Source: Eutreptiella sp. 'Long Island Sound 2002' (Eukaryota; Protista; Euglenida). Taken from it: a DNA stretch of 64,000 bases. The notes under the pieces are model-generated. The model did no database searches. It saw nothing but the letters and a program-made list of their open reading frames with translations, and was not told the DNA's origin. The stretch is from contig OZ038378.1 of NCBI GenBank assembly GCA_964036045.1, positions 18,166,001 to 18,230,000 on the forward strand. The letters run 5' to 3'. The translations under genes and the position numbers were made by a program. Positions 39,141 through 51,310 of the stretch are shown in pieces; positions within the stretch are counted from its first letter, which is position 1, and each line of letters starts with the position of its first letter.

Positions 39141-40011
39141 GCCCATTCACTAGGCCATTATTGGTGGAAACAGTCATTTCGCGTCTTTGGCACGGGTTGT
39201 GACCGGCTCTCAACAAGGCTAGAGACTGCAAAAAACCGTCCTTCCGTATCCTAGTAGGCATATACTGTCACAACATCCCCACTCACACCCCTCAGAGTGG
39301 GCACCACGGGGTCACCGGGGTTGCCAAAACCGCCAACATAGCAAAAATGGCTGGAAAGTGCATAAACTGCGCTCGTCCCACTCCTCCCCATACAAACCCC
39401 ATCGAGTCGGGACTCGGAAAAGCTTTTTCGGCTCAAAATCAAAAAAAAAAAAGATTCATGATTTTCGACCCAAAAAAAGGGGGGGTCATTTTTTGACCCC
39501 CCCCACCTCCCTCAAAATCTCAAAAAAGTGGGTTTCAAGTGGGGGGGTCTGGGGGGGTCCGGACCAAAAAGTCATTGGGGGGTGTGTTCATTGGACAAAA
39601 TAATGATTTTACAAGGGGTTAAACTAACAATTCAACCCCTTGGGGTAGGGTATGCGAATAGCCCCAAAAAGGCCAAAATGGGTGGGTATGTTTTCCCCTA
39701 TATACGCCTGCCTGGCTTTGATCTAACAACCTCTGCGAGGTGATTCTATTGCCTTCGACAGTGCACCTCGAAGAGAGGCTGACAGTCAGCCAATTAGTCA
39801 GTTAGTCAGGCAAGCAGTCGGCCAGACAGTCAGTCGGGCAAGCAAGCAGGCAGACAGAAACACACAGTTTGGCTATTTTCAGTGGCAGACTTGGCTTCAA
39901 GCAGTGGGGAGCACAGATACTGTCAGATCAAGCAGACGTGTAGGTCGGCGATTCGATTCCCGATTGCCCGACTGGTCATCGCTGCCCAATCTGACCCTCG
40001 TTCAAACCCTG

Positions 40012-40053
40012 CTGAGCACAAACTTCTGAGCACAAACTTCTGAGCACAAACTT
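40012..40053. repeat. 14-bp tandem repeat x3 (CTGAGCACAAACTT)
   Basis: Exact copies at 40012, 40026 and 40040. Confidence 0.95.
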
Positions 40054-41074
40054 TTGACCCCCCCCCCAAAAAAAATTATATCCAGTTTCAGGGGATGAGG
40101 CCTCAGAATCAAAAAATCCATTGGGGGATTGTCTTATTGGGCAAAGAAAAATGATTTTACAAGGGGTTGGACATCCAATATCATGCCTTGGGGTACGCTA
40201 CGCGAATGACCCCCAAAAAGGCGGGGGGGGGGGGGGGGATACGACGCCCGCACCTGCGCTTGATCTAACAAGCTCTCTTCGAGGTGGTTTGAAATTTTGT
40301 TTCATGGTTTTCTGCAGAGGTCGAATATGAAATAATTAATTAATTTGGTATTTTTTTAATTTTTGCATCCGGTTTTCCCGTTGTTTGACCAGCACAATTC
40401 ATTAAATTTGGCACTTAATATTATTGGTACATTGCTTTCTCTACTGAAACCTAGAACATGGCACCAAGACTGTTCTGTACTATGCTGCACTGACAGAAAT
40501 GACATTTTACACTGCAGTGCAGTGCACCACCACTGATCTACTGCCCAGATCTGTTAACAACGTGTGACAGACCCCTCACAGCCCGGGCATGATGTCCAAA
40601 AAAAAGTTCCAAACGCACTGTAGTGTGTACTGTGCAACAAAAATGTGACCCTGACCATAAGATTGCTGCCAGCTGCAGAAGTTGTGATCTTGAACGACTG
40701 GTGCGCAACAAAAATGTCGGGCCATGAGATTGCTGCCGACTGCAGAAACCCTGAGATTCAATGGATGTAGCAAAAAGCTGACGGACAGACCAGCTGACAG
40801 ACTGAACAACAAACAAACACTGCACTACACTGATGCTACCCCAAGTTTCTGAGATTCGGAAATATTCGGAAATACCCCCCCCACCACCACCCAAAATGAA
40901 GTTTTCACCCACCTAATTGATCAATGTTGGCAGTTAAAATTTTTTGTATGCAATCAATCTGTGCTTCTGCGCACCTAATTAATTAATTTTGCTAACTATT
41001 TCTTTTTGTATCGGGCTGTTTGTGACCCATGTGGCCCAAATAATTAATCAATTTTCAATAAATTTCAAATTTGC

Positions 41075-41225
41075 TCGGTTGGTGGTTGGCGGTTGGTGGC
41101 GGTTGGCGGCAGATGGCGGTTGGCAGTTAGTGGTTGGTGGTGGCCGGCAGTTGGTGGTGGGCAGATGGTGGTGGTTGGTGGTTGGTGGTCGGCGCTTGGT
41201 GGCACTTGGGCGTTGGTGGTTGGTT
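41075..41225. repeat. GGTTGGYG-type degenerate minisatellite next to a ctgtccttaa...ttaaggacag inverted pair
   Basis: Directly visible; related short tracts at ~37095 and ~2665. Confidence 0.8.
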
Positions 41226-42404
41226 TTCCTTGGGGGCTGTCCTTAAAAGCTGTCCTTAACAAAAAAAAGAAAAGAAAAATTGGGGTTCTTAAGGACAGTG
41301 GCATTTATAAAATTGCACAAAATACGCCCGACGTTCCTTACGAACAGGCACCTGCGGTACCCTTGACACACTGCCTTACAGACACATGCATTTGCAGGGG
41401 CAGTAGAGCTGTCTGTAAGGGCACTGCATTAGAGGCAGTGACTACGTCTGGCAGGGCACGGCATAAGGGCAGCACATGTGTCCGCAGGCGCACTGTCTGG
41501 GGCTGCAGTGCATGTGTCTGTGCAGACTCTGCAGGGGTCGCACGTGAGGGGCAGTGCATGTGTCTGTAGGCACAGTGCAAAAGCAGCCTTGCCGAGCACA
41601 GTCCTGTCCGTACCAGCCCAGTGCAGCCCAGACCAGGCTAGAGCAGACCGGCCCAAGGTTCTATACGAACCATGAGAGACCGTATTCGCCGTGGGTACAC
41701 AGTACATTCCGACTGCCAAAGCCTTGGCCGTAAATGATCAGATCCGGCCTCTGGACCCATCCGTGCATCATCAACCCAAAACTACGCCCGAACGCGTTCC
41801 AAAACCACGCTCACCCAAGACTTCTGCCGCCGCGGGCATGCCTCACTGTCGCAGTGGGCTGGGCATGCGCCTGCACCAATCACTTCGAGGATACCCCTGG
41901 CCCATTTCCAAGCAAACATGGGACATGCCCCACCCACAGCCGTCACTGGAACACATGCACTGGCCAACATAAGAGCACAGAAATCACCCTGTGGAGGCAG
42001 AGGTCTATTGGTGGCTCCCAACCAACGTGCCAGCAAGGAGCTGCTTTTGTCCGTCCCTCCCTCCTCCTACACCACAGCACCTTGCCAACACAATGTGTCG
42101 TTACTGGCATCAAGGACAGGGGGATCCTGGAAGTAGGTGCAGCTGAGGGACGACAGCAGCTGGCGGTTTACGCCGATAATGGGGACAGTGAACATGAAAT
42201 GATGAATGCTGAGGTTATGCAGGAACCTGCAAAGATACAACACATAGACAGCAACACTGCCTGCACGCGTGCACATGCATTCAAAACGGACCCATGCATC
42301 CGCGCACATTTCTCTGAGCACAGCGGTGGTCCCCAGTAGACACTCTAGCAGATGGCATGCAGTCTTTGAGAGCGCCCGTGGCATGCCACAATTTGGAGAT
42401 TAAC

Positions 42405-42680
42405 GATATCAGGTTTGGGACAGGGGACTGAAAACATCAGGTTTGGAATGCTGGCTAAAAGATATCAGCTCAGGGATGGGGGACTGAAGGTATTATGTTT
42501 GGCCTGGAGGGCTAAGGATATGAGACGATGTGGAATGGGGGACGAAAGATTTTTAGGTGTGCAACGGGGCACTCGACATGTTGGGTCTTGAACCGGGGAG
42601 TCTGCAAGGGGGATTAAAGATATGAGGTCTGCAATGGGGGAGTAAAGACATGGGTCATGCAGTGGGGATCTCAATATTGT
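42405..42680. repeat. Degenerate ~24-bp minisatellite
   Basis: Recurring aagatat.aggt.tg.aatggggga.t-like units. Confidence 0.65.
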
Positions 42681-43149
42681 ATGTCTCGGAGAGTGCACTC
42701 AAAATACCCCGCATGCATCGGCCAAAAGATGCTATAAAAATGTCACAAAGCGGTACACCATTCGTGTCCGCACTGAGCCCTTGAGCCCTTGAGAACACAT
42801 CCCTGGGGCTTACAACTGAATGGACAAAGACATAGGGGGATCTCTGCACAGCATCCACGCCCCCATCGGGGTGACTTTATCGGAATATATGACTTCGATT
42901 TGTACGTAACATCTGTGTCAAATGAAGGAGTCGGTTTAAGATCGGTTTCTTGTACATGAACGTTTGTTCCAGGGGTCATCGATATCGTTAATTTCGGACA
43001 TAGGGTTGATTCGCCTACTTTTGGGGGGTCCTAAAAAGGGGGGGGGGTTATTTAAAAAATGACACCTAAAATTTGACCCTTGGAAAAAAGGGGGGGGTTT
43101 CTCTATTGTACGAAAAGTTGGACGTAAACCGGCAAATTTGGACGAAAAA

Positions 43150-43752
43150 TTAGACAAAAGTGGTTTGCATGGAACTTGCATGTGTGAAGCATGAAGGCAC
43201 ACTTCGTACAACCATCTTGCCCACAACGACAATAGGGGCACATTCCTTTGCGTCAGCCTTGATGCCATGGTTCACAAGGTCCTCAATACACTTGAAGTGC
43301 ACCAAGAAGACCCCGGGCCGGGGAAGACGCTTGGACCCGTGCACGTCAATGTAGAACATATTCCCATGGTGACGACCAAATGCAACGCACTGATCGCCGT
43401 ACTGCAGCACATGCATCACATAAATGCCCTCATCATGGGAAGCCGTCAATTCCGCTGTGATGGTTTGCATCGTATCGCACCATCGTACTTGTTGTTGTGT
43501 CGCTTTGAGGTCATTCCACTTCAATACCCTCTGAACGTCTTGGACTGAAATAATAGTTGTGCCTTGTGCAGCACCCCAAAGGCCTGCAGCTGCACTACCA
43601 ATACACAGCCCACGGAGGAGACCAAATTGTGTAAGGGGAGGGTGCCTGACGCAGCACCAGCGGCCAACAAGAGGGATGATGTGGCCGGACCCATGCGAGC
43701 CCCAAAAACATCCAAGGAGTCCACATTGTACTTGCATGCAATAGCGCGGCAA
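43150..43752 (-). other. 200-codon open frame of unknown function, weak papain-fold peptidase-like pattern
   Basis: Uninterrupted 200-aa frame in non-repetitive, moderate-GC sequence; motif similarity by eye only. Confidence 0.3.
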
Positions 43753-46179
43753 CGTATGTCCCCAACAAGAAAAGAGTGCAATTCATTATGATTCATTGAA
43801 CTAAGTTGAATTGCAAAACTGAAATGCATATGCAACATAATGCAAAGGAAGATACAAGAGTACAAATAGGGTCGCCTATTAAGGGTTTACCATTGTCAAC
43901 ACCGCCACCTAGCTCTTAGCTGCGAAAAAAAGGGGGGGGGGGGTTGATGCGCATAATGTCAGTTTTCACTAGTTTCGGGGGCTTGGAAAAAACCGGGGGG
44001 TTTGCCCAAACCATCGTGATGTCCAACAATCCCAAAGTCGATGACCCCTGGTTTGTTCGCCTCGGCCCAAAGCACACTCCAAAAACCGGGATGGAATTCC
44101 GTCGATGCAAGCAACACAGTCGCTCCTCTAAAATCTTGTTGGGCACAAGTGAAGTAGAATGGGAGATCTGTTGTGGCAGAGATTGAGCAGGGAGTGGATG
44201 GAGAACTGCCCGGCCCCCTGCTCCTATGCCTCATAAACCAGAAGAAAATTTTTCATAGAAGAAAAGACACCCGCAAAAAACAATAAAGCCACGATATTTG
44301 TTGACGCAAATCAAACTGCCGAATTCCAACTCGAAACAGAGAACAGGGCAGCAGGCGGGGGGGGTCCATGGACGCTGTCCCCTGGTGGTCCGGCATTCCA
44401 CTTCCATCCCCCCCTCCCTGTAGCCCACTCCTGCCATGCACCCCTGCTCAGCTGTCCTCGCCCTCGACCCTCTCTTGCGGACCCAATTCTCACACAGCAT
44501 GGCATAGAGCAGACCTGAACCGGTCCCCGATTCGACCAACGGTGGACAACAACATAAGGGTGATGAATGCGAAAAAGATCCAAATGAACCACCTGGGCAG
44601 CAGTGCATGGGAGGGCACGGACTGTGCACCACGGACTGCGCGGGCAGTGCATGGGCCAGTGGGTCCGGTGTCAATACACTATGCACTACCTTCGTGGTCG
44701 CACCGAAAGAGCTTTTCTCGTTCGGGTGGCCCCATGTCGTCCTTCGTCTTTGGGGAGTATGTCTGCCTCTGAACCCCCCGCGATGTGCGCCCCCCGGTGC
44801 GTCGCATCCTTAGGCGCACCGTGTCTCTGATACATTTGTCTTCTTGGTAGGCTTTGCCCGGTCATGGTCGGTATGTTCCATCCTTTGCATACTTGCTGCT
44901 TTTCCTTCGCACACACTTCGCTTGCCTGCCGCCAGCGTTTGGACAAATTGAGGAGCTCGTCCATTGCTCAGGGGATCCTCAACAGGCGTTACGGATGTTT
45001 GGGACTCGTGGCAAGGTTCGGGCACTGTGGGACAGCTGGGGCAGACTCCTCTCGTGATGGATCACAGCCTGATCCTATTTTGATTTGAAACGTACGCCAC
45101 AAACTACATTTCAAATTTAACAGCAATAAGACGTCCAAATGCACGTATTTCTGCCAAACGTCCATGTGAAACAACAACATTCCAGAACCCGGAACCTCTC
45201 GACGGTTTCTGTACAGTCCGACTTCGTGGCGTAAACTACGAGGTTTGTTTTGCTGGAGGTCGCGTACACTTTTTCATGTAACTCGCGCACGGGGGGAAAA
45301 AACGAAACGCACTTACAAAAAAAATGCCCGATTTACCCTTTCTTTTAACGCGCTTTACAGCAAACAAAAAAAAAGCGTTCGCGACTTACATACAAAAAAG
45401 TGTGTTTTTCTCGTCATTTTTTTCTGTACGCGACTTCTGACTTGCCTGCAGTGGACGACAGGCACTGCACGCACCAGCCTGCGTCCAGACACTTGCGGGG
45501 CTCCTTCAGAACAGGCACAGAGGCTGGCAACTGCAGCTGCGTATCATTCAACGAACACCCACAGTCATACTACGTCCAGCAGCACATCAGACAGGCAGCC
45601 CACTGCAGGACAGTAAAACGCATCAAAGACAGAGCAGAGCAACAGACGTACTCCCCCCGTCTCTCTTTTCTCGTACGGCAGCGTCGCTACCGCCCCTGTG
45701 GCGGTGTTGCAAGCACGCAGATACGCAGGCAATCCGTTCAGGCACCCACCGTCATTCCCTTCCCGCTTTCCCCTGGGCACACCTGAAATGAGGCGGCGAC
45801 ACATCGAACAAGATCACCCGGGACACAATCGACATCAACTGCCCCACATTTCGATTTGGCCAGTGCAAACTGTTGCTGTCGTCAAACAACAAACTGAACA
45901 GAGCAGAGCGTTCGGATTTGTTAGGCGCCTTGTTCCACTCAGCGGGGCCTCGCCATGTCCCCATCGCCCTCAGACAACAAAGACTGCCGTGGGCTGGCAT
46001 GCCATCTCCGCTGACGGTTGAGTGGGGAAAGGGCAATGTATGTCGAGGGCCATTCGGTGGTGCTGGGCCGCAAGTTCCGAGCTGACCACTCAAGCCATTA
46101 CGTCAGCGCTATGCTTTTAGGCACCATTGGATTGGGACCAGTGACCAGACATGCGCGCATCGGAAGCGCGTGGTGCGCG

Positions 46180-46520
46180 TCAGAGCTCTCTCAGGAACGA
46201 GTCGCTCCAATGTTGGCGAATGCACATCCTGAGGCTGTGGTGCCGTGCATACGAGGCATACCCGCACACTGTGACCAAGGCCCTTTGGGGCAGGGCACAC
46301 CCACGAAAGGCAGTCACGTGGTTTTGGGGCACCGCATACCCGCACAACGCAGTCATGTCGTACAGGCAACTCCATGCCAACATTTTGGGGATGTTGGTAA
46401 AGGACACCGACAATCGCGTCTCCGATGACCACACGCTCCTGATCATCCGCACATTCGTGTGCTTGTTGCAGAGGTCCGCGAAGTCGAACTGCACCAACGC
46501 GGGCATGAGGGCGTTGGGGG
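46180..46520 (-). pseudogene. Possible degenerate LRR (AMN1-like) coding fragment
   Basis: GC3-rich codons. FDFADLCNKHTNVRMIRSV and HSLRMCIRQHWSDSFLREL resemble LxLxxCxxlTDxxLxxL. Confidence 0.3.
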
Positions 46521-46639
46521 AGAGGGGGCAACAGAGGGCGGCACCGCGCCACTCGGCAGACAGCCCCTTGGGAAATGGCACCCGCTATGAAACCGCCGAC
46601 ACACAGCGGCGCGGACCGCCACGGTTACGGATCGCTGCA

Positions 46640-46960
46640 ACGAGCCCTGCATGCGCCGCAGCGGTCCGGGCCGTGTGCGGCACACTGCCACACCCCGCAA
46701 TCCCGCAACCCCCAAACAGCGCTCGCTGATGCTCTCAATGTTCAGCCAGTCCACGGGGCAACTGCCTTTTGAATGCTGAGGGCAGTGGTGCTGGGGGCCG
46801 CATAACTCACGGCCTGTGCGTACACCGTCCCGGCAGCAGAGGGGGGGGGGGGGGGGCACAAAGGCTGAGTAAGTGTTCTGGTTGGTACATCAGGGTGCAC
46901 GCACTGGTGTGCGTTTTCAGGGGATTTCTGTTGGGCCACAAATGGTCGGGTTTGCCTGCA
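46640..46960 (-). repeat. Dispersed repeat family D, intact copy (empty site of the Harbinger insertion); other copies ~54010-54226 plus 56511-56600 and ~36150-36240
   Basis: Reverse complement reads ...ctggctgaacatTGAgagcatcagcgagcgctgtttggggg.... This is the fusion of the sequence ending at 54226 and the sequence starting at 56511. Confidence 0.9.
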
Positions 46961-49689
46961 TGCCATTGGGCCTGCACCGCGGCCTTCATTGCCCACTATT
47001 CAATGCGAGAGTTCGCTCATGCGCAATTCTCAGGAATGCGGAGGATCAGGTCAGGGGCAACGCTCCTCCTCAGTTCTGCTGCGCTGGTCCTTGTGTGTCT
47101 GTACGGGTGTAGGGCCAGTTCCATTTGGGCTTTGCTGACGTCGGTCCACGCCCTTCCACCATCCATCGGGTGAATGGGGACGGCTGTTGTTGGGGGGCGG
47201 GGGCGGGGGGGGGCTACGCGCAGACGAATGCCACTTGGAGTCCCATGGGCCACGGGGGAGCCTCCCCGTCCAATCCTGACACGGCCCCCCTGCGTCCCTC
47301 CGGGTCTGAGGGCATGGGCACACCTCTGCATCCGGATGCTCATAGATGTGCATCGCCCGGATGAACACATACCACGCGGTACCACAGCACATCCACAGCA
47401 GCAGCAGCGGTATACCTGGGCGGAAAAGGGGCGCGTTCGTGCCGTGTGTGCTCAGAGGGGAGGTAGGCGAAATTTTGGGGACCGGGGGAGGGGGGGCTAA
47501 AGGGTAATTCCGGACCCCAACCTGTGCAGCATGAGATGGGGGATTTGGAGGGGGAAGGGGGGCAAGGCGGGCTTCCGAGCGGGGGAGCACAACACACCGA
47601 CCTCAACCTGATCAGTGCGTCAACCCATATCCGAATATGCCCCCACATGTCCGAACATTTTTCTGGAAAACACAGTTGACGGGGAAACCACTTCCATCAG
47701 TGGAACTGGCACCCGGAAATCATGCAGAAACGTGGCTCTCATGATGCAACGAATGGGGCTGGGGGAGACACCGAGTGGTCAGACACATGGACTCGCAAAA
47801 ACAAAGGTCGTGGGTTCCTGGGGCTTGGCAGTACCCATCAGCTGCCAGGGGCCTAATGGGTGCCCGATGGGTCCCCATCGATCCTCCTCTGTCTCCTACA
47901 GTTGCATTATCACAGCATCATGATTCCGAGACCACCGAAAAACCACTTTAGCACTTTTGGGCCAATTTTCTCCAAATTTAAAAGAGAATAGGCGGGCTTT
48001 GACTCAGGCAGTAGCCAGCCTCAGGCAGGCTGGAGCTGCACAATGCGTGCTTGCGTCAATGATCGGAGTGCCACGATACGATGAACCCAAACACTCATGA
48101 GGGCCACCGGAAGTGCACACATGTGAGCGCATAATGACCGAGACACATAAAATGCCATAAAATGCACAGCACTTGCCCACATTCCCTGGGACCCAGAGAT
48201 TTTTTCACGTCCGAAAGCGAGGAAAACTTGATGATTTTGAGGTCAAAAGTTCGGCAGTAAACAGTCTTTGCCGACCCCCCAACAAGAAAGGCGTGTAACA
48301 TTTCACCCCTTGGGACGTGGTCTGCGAATACCGTTAGGGCTCCAATACTCCGACAAGCAGGTTGGAAAACGCACGCACAACGTACGCAATGTACGCAATC
48401 TCCGGCGTTCCGCAGGTGCCATTTATTGGCCATGCAGTCAGTCCCTGTTCTCCGGCGCTGACGTCCTTTTTAGACATCCTGGTCGCCTGTGTGGCCCAGT
48501 CTTGGTCCGTTTTTCCGCGGCCAGTGGGTAGCCGACCTGCATAGGTCTGCTGGGCGGAAGTGGAAGGGGGGAAGGGGGGGCTCCCTCACCGTCATGGGTA
48601 CGGAAATTGAGAAGAACAAATGGGGGCTTCTCCTTCACGTCGATCTTAACGGAGAAGCGCAGTGGCGACTGCTACAGAGAAGTGGAAACATCTGAACCCA
48701 TTGCATTGATCTTCCATCATCCCAAAAAGTCATTGCACACGTGAAGGGGGTGCAGCGTGCTTTGGCACACAACCACCCCTTTCGAGCAATAGCGCCTGCG
48801 GCCTCCACCACCGTGTAAAGGCTGATACTAGCTCGGATGTGGCTGACGACCTCCCACTGCCTAGGATCCACCCCCACTCCTCCCATCCACCCCATCTGCG
48901 CCATATACCTCTAGCTTGGGGTCACCCGAAGCCCCCCCTAGCCCGACAGGTACCATAGGCACAGGCACCACAGCCACGCCGCAACTCCGTCACAGCCGTG
49001 GCCTGTGGCCAAGCACCGCACGGCCCCACGCTGCACACCATCAGCACCTCTCTCCAAACCTCGCGGCCAGCCCATCCCCCAAGTTGGCTCCCAGCCGCAC
49101 CTCAAGCGCTACTCCCAGTCGGCAGATGCCAACCGCTGCCCCCCATACCGCAACAGCCGCACCAAAGCCCTCTACTCCAAAAGCCGGTTCCATTGGGATT
49201 CACGGCCCGCAACAATACACCGCGGCGGCAACGCGACTGTGGAGCGTCCACAAGGGGGTGGTACCTCTCTGCCCCCGGACCGGACTTGTGAGTGAGGTGC
49301 GTGAGGCTTCTGGGGGCCGCCAGTGCCGCTGAGGCAGGAGACGGGCGACAGGGGTGCTGCACTGGGGCCCACGGTACAACCCCCCACCCACCCTCCCGGT
49401 GCACCACCACCCTCCGCCCGCCCCGTGGTCGTCACTGTCCTCCACAGGGGCGTGGGGTAGGGGATCCTACCGCAATGAAAACTTGGGCTCCAGAAGCAGC
49501 CACTCAGGGGGCGCCTTGCGGAGGGGACGAGCCCGTGCTCATTAATTTTATGAGGCCCTGAAGACTCCCCGTGACGACAAATGGCTCAAGTCAATCCTGT
49601 GGCTCCTTGTGCTCTTCCCTGTTCCGTGCTGTGGAGAGCGGTGCCCAGTGCTTCTCATGCGGGGCTGTCTGTTGCCCTGGACCTGCGAA

Positions 49690-49830
49690 GGCTGCGTGCC
49701 CCCATGACATCACCCGCCTTGTGGCAGCATTACAGCGGACGTCAGCTTGTGATGTGGGGGAGCCACTGTGTACTGTGCGGCCCGCCCGGGTCTACCTCAA
49801 CCTCTCCACATCCAATGGTCCGGGATGTTC
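49690..49830 (+). mobile_element. Degenerate LINE zf-RVT-like remnant
   Basis: ALWQHYSGRQLVMWGSHCVLCG resembles ALWRKL...RLANW...CPL of the 21-23 kb LINE. Confidence 0.3.
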
Positions 49831-50089
49831 CTGCGCAAGAACTCCGCAGGAAGTAGGGGCCGTTGTGTGGGGACCACAGTCTGCACCCCCCCACCCCCAA
49901 CGCACACATGCAGCGGTACCACCCGTGACATTTACTGCGCCCTCATGGCAAACCCACACTTACCCGGTGCTCACAGTGCGCAGCCCCAAAAGCACACGTC
50001 TGGGCCTTGCCCTGGATGCCCATCTGGACCCCCACATGGAGCCCCCTCCCAGAGGGTCCCCGCCACCCACACCCCCTTGACTCACAGGC

Positions 50090-50370
50090 TTCAGACCCCC
50101 ATCAGTCGCATTAACGGACACCATTCGAAGCAGCAGCTTCTGTACATGTCCCTCTGCAAACCGAGCCGCATCGTCAAACATGTTTGGCTCAGGCTTCAAT
50201 GGTCCACTTCTCCTGATTCAGGGGTCTACGTTCCGTACAACGCCGAAGTCCCCCAAAAGGACCCTCTCTCACCAGTGATATCAGTGTGCAGCGGACCAGG
50301 TCTACACTGTGTCTTAACGCAGCAGTTCATGAGATGTACCTGGTCGAAGATCCCCAGGCCTGCAGACGAT
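50090..50370 (+). mobile_element. Degenerate non-LTR reverse transcriptase core remnant
   Basis: One frame has RINGHHSK, VPQKDPLSP (compare GVPQGDPLSP) and PADD (compare YADD) about 27 aa later. Confidence 0.55.
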
Positions 50371-51189
50371 CCCCCTGCCCCTCCTCCCCCCCCGACTGCG
50401 CGCGGAGACGACCCAACAACGACACCCCCATTGCCGCCTCTCAGAGTGACATCGCAGATGCCATACCTATGGCTATGGCCGCTTTCCGGCCGCCGTCCGA
50501 GAAGATCCCCTTCTCTGTTTCCGTTATCACTGCACAACAAAGAGGCGGGTGCATTGTGCACAGTGGCAGAGGGATGGCCCGTGGACTGCAGACCCCTGGG
50601 CGGTGAGACGTCTGAACACTGCAGAGGGGTCAACATGCGCATCAGCGCATCGTGAACATGCCCCTGTGCACGCATTGCTGTGCCACCCTGACGGAAGCTG
50701 GCCGTGAAAACTCCCACAGAAGCCCATCAGCCTCCCAACCATCCCATATGACACCGGTTCGCCAGTGCCATCCCTCCGGTACAAGAATCGTCATACTGCT
50801 CATCACTCCCATACTACTCCGATGCTGAATCACCACTTATGAGACTTCCATGGGGGCTCTAAAAGATTCCCATGGCATTGCTACACGACTCTGACAAACT
50901 GCCTCAGAGGCTGGCACCCCCGCCCCGCCCCTCACCCGTCCTCACATGCCCTGCGAACAGCCGCAATCCAGTGTTTCCGATCCTGGGTCGAAGTTGAAGA
51001 GGGGTACCATGGGGGGTACTTCAGTTCAGTTCTGGATCCCAAAACCTGCGGCGTGAGCCAGGGGGTCCCAGAGGGGGGGAGGGGGTACAAAAAATTACCT
51101 CGGATCAAACCCAGATGGGCCCGCAAGTACGGGAAATGCCACACACCGTCTGTGAACATGAATAACTCAGGGCATGCGCCAGCACACCT

Positions 51190-51310
51190 TGGGCCCCTTT
51201 CTGAAGCATATATGAGCTGCGGCGTCCCGACTTCGATCCCTAAATATGAAACGTGCGTTATGGCGACCCATTCCAAGCCATTGATGCCCACGCGCCCCCT
51301 CACTGGGCAT
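51190..51310 (-). mobile_element. Possible degenerate RT domain 6-7 remnant
   Basis: GRVGINGLEW...VSYLGIEVG resembles GL.IN..K...YLG. Confidence 0.3.

Noticed and set aside
46180-46300. Tyrosine recombinase HxLR motif (HHSLR); also PHAAR near 27430
   Set aside because: No downstream GxW or catalytic Tyr, and no upstream catalytic Arg box; an LRR-like reading fits the 46-kb piece better.
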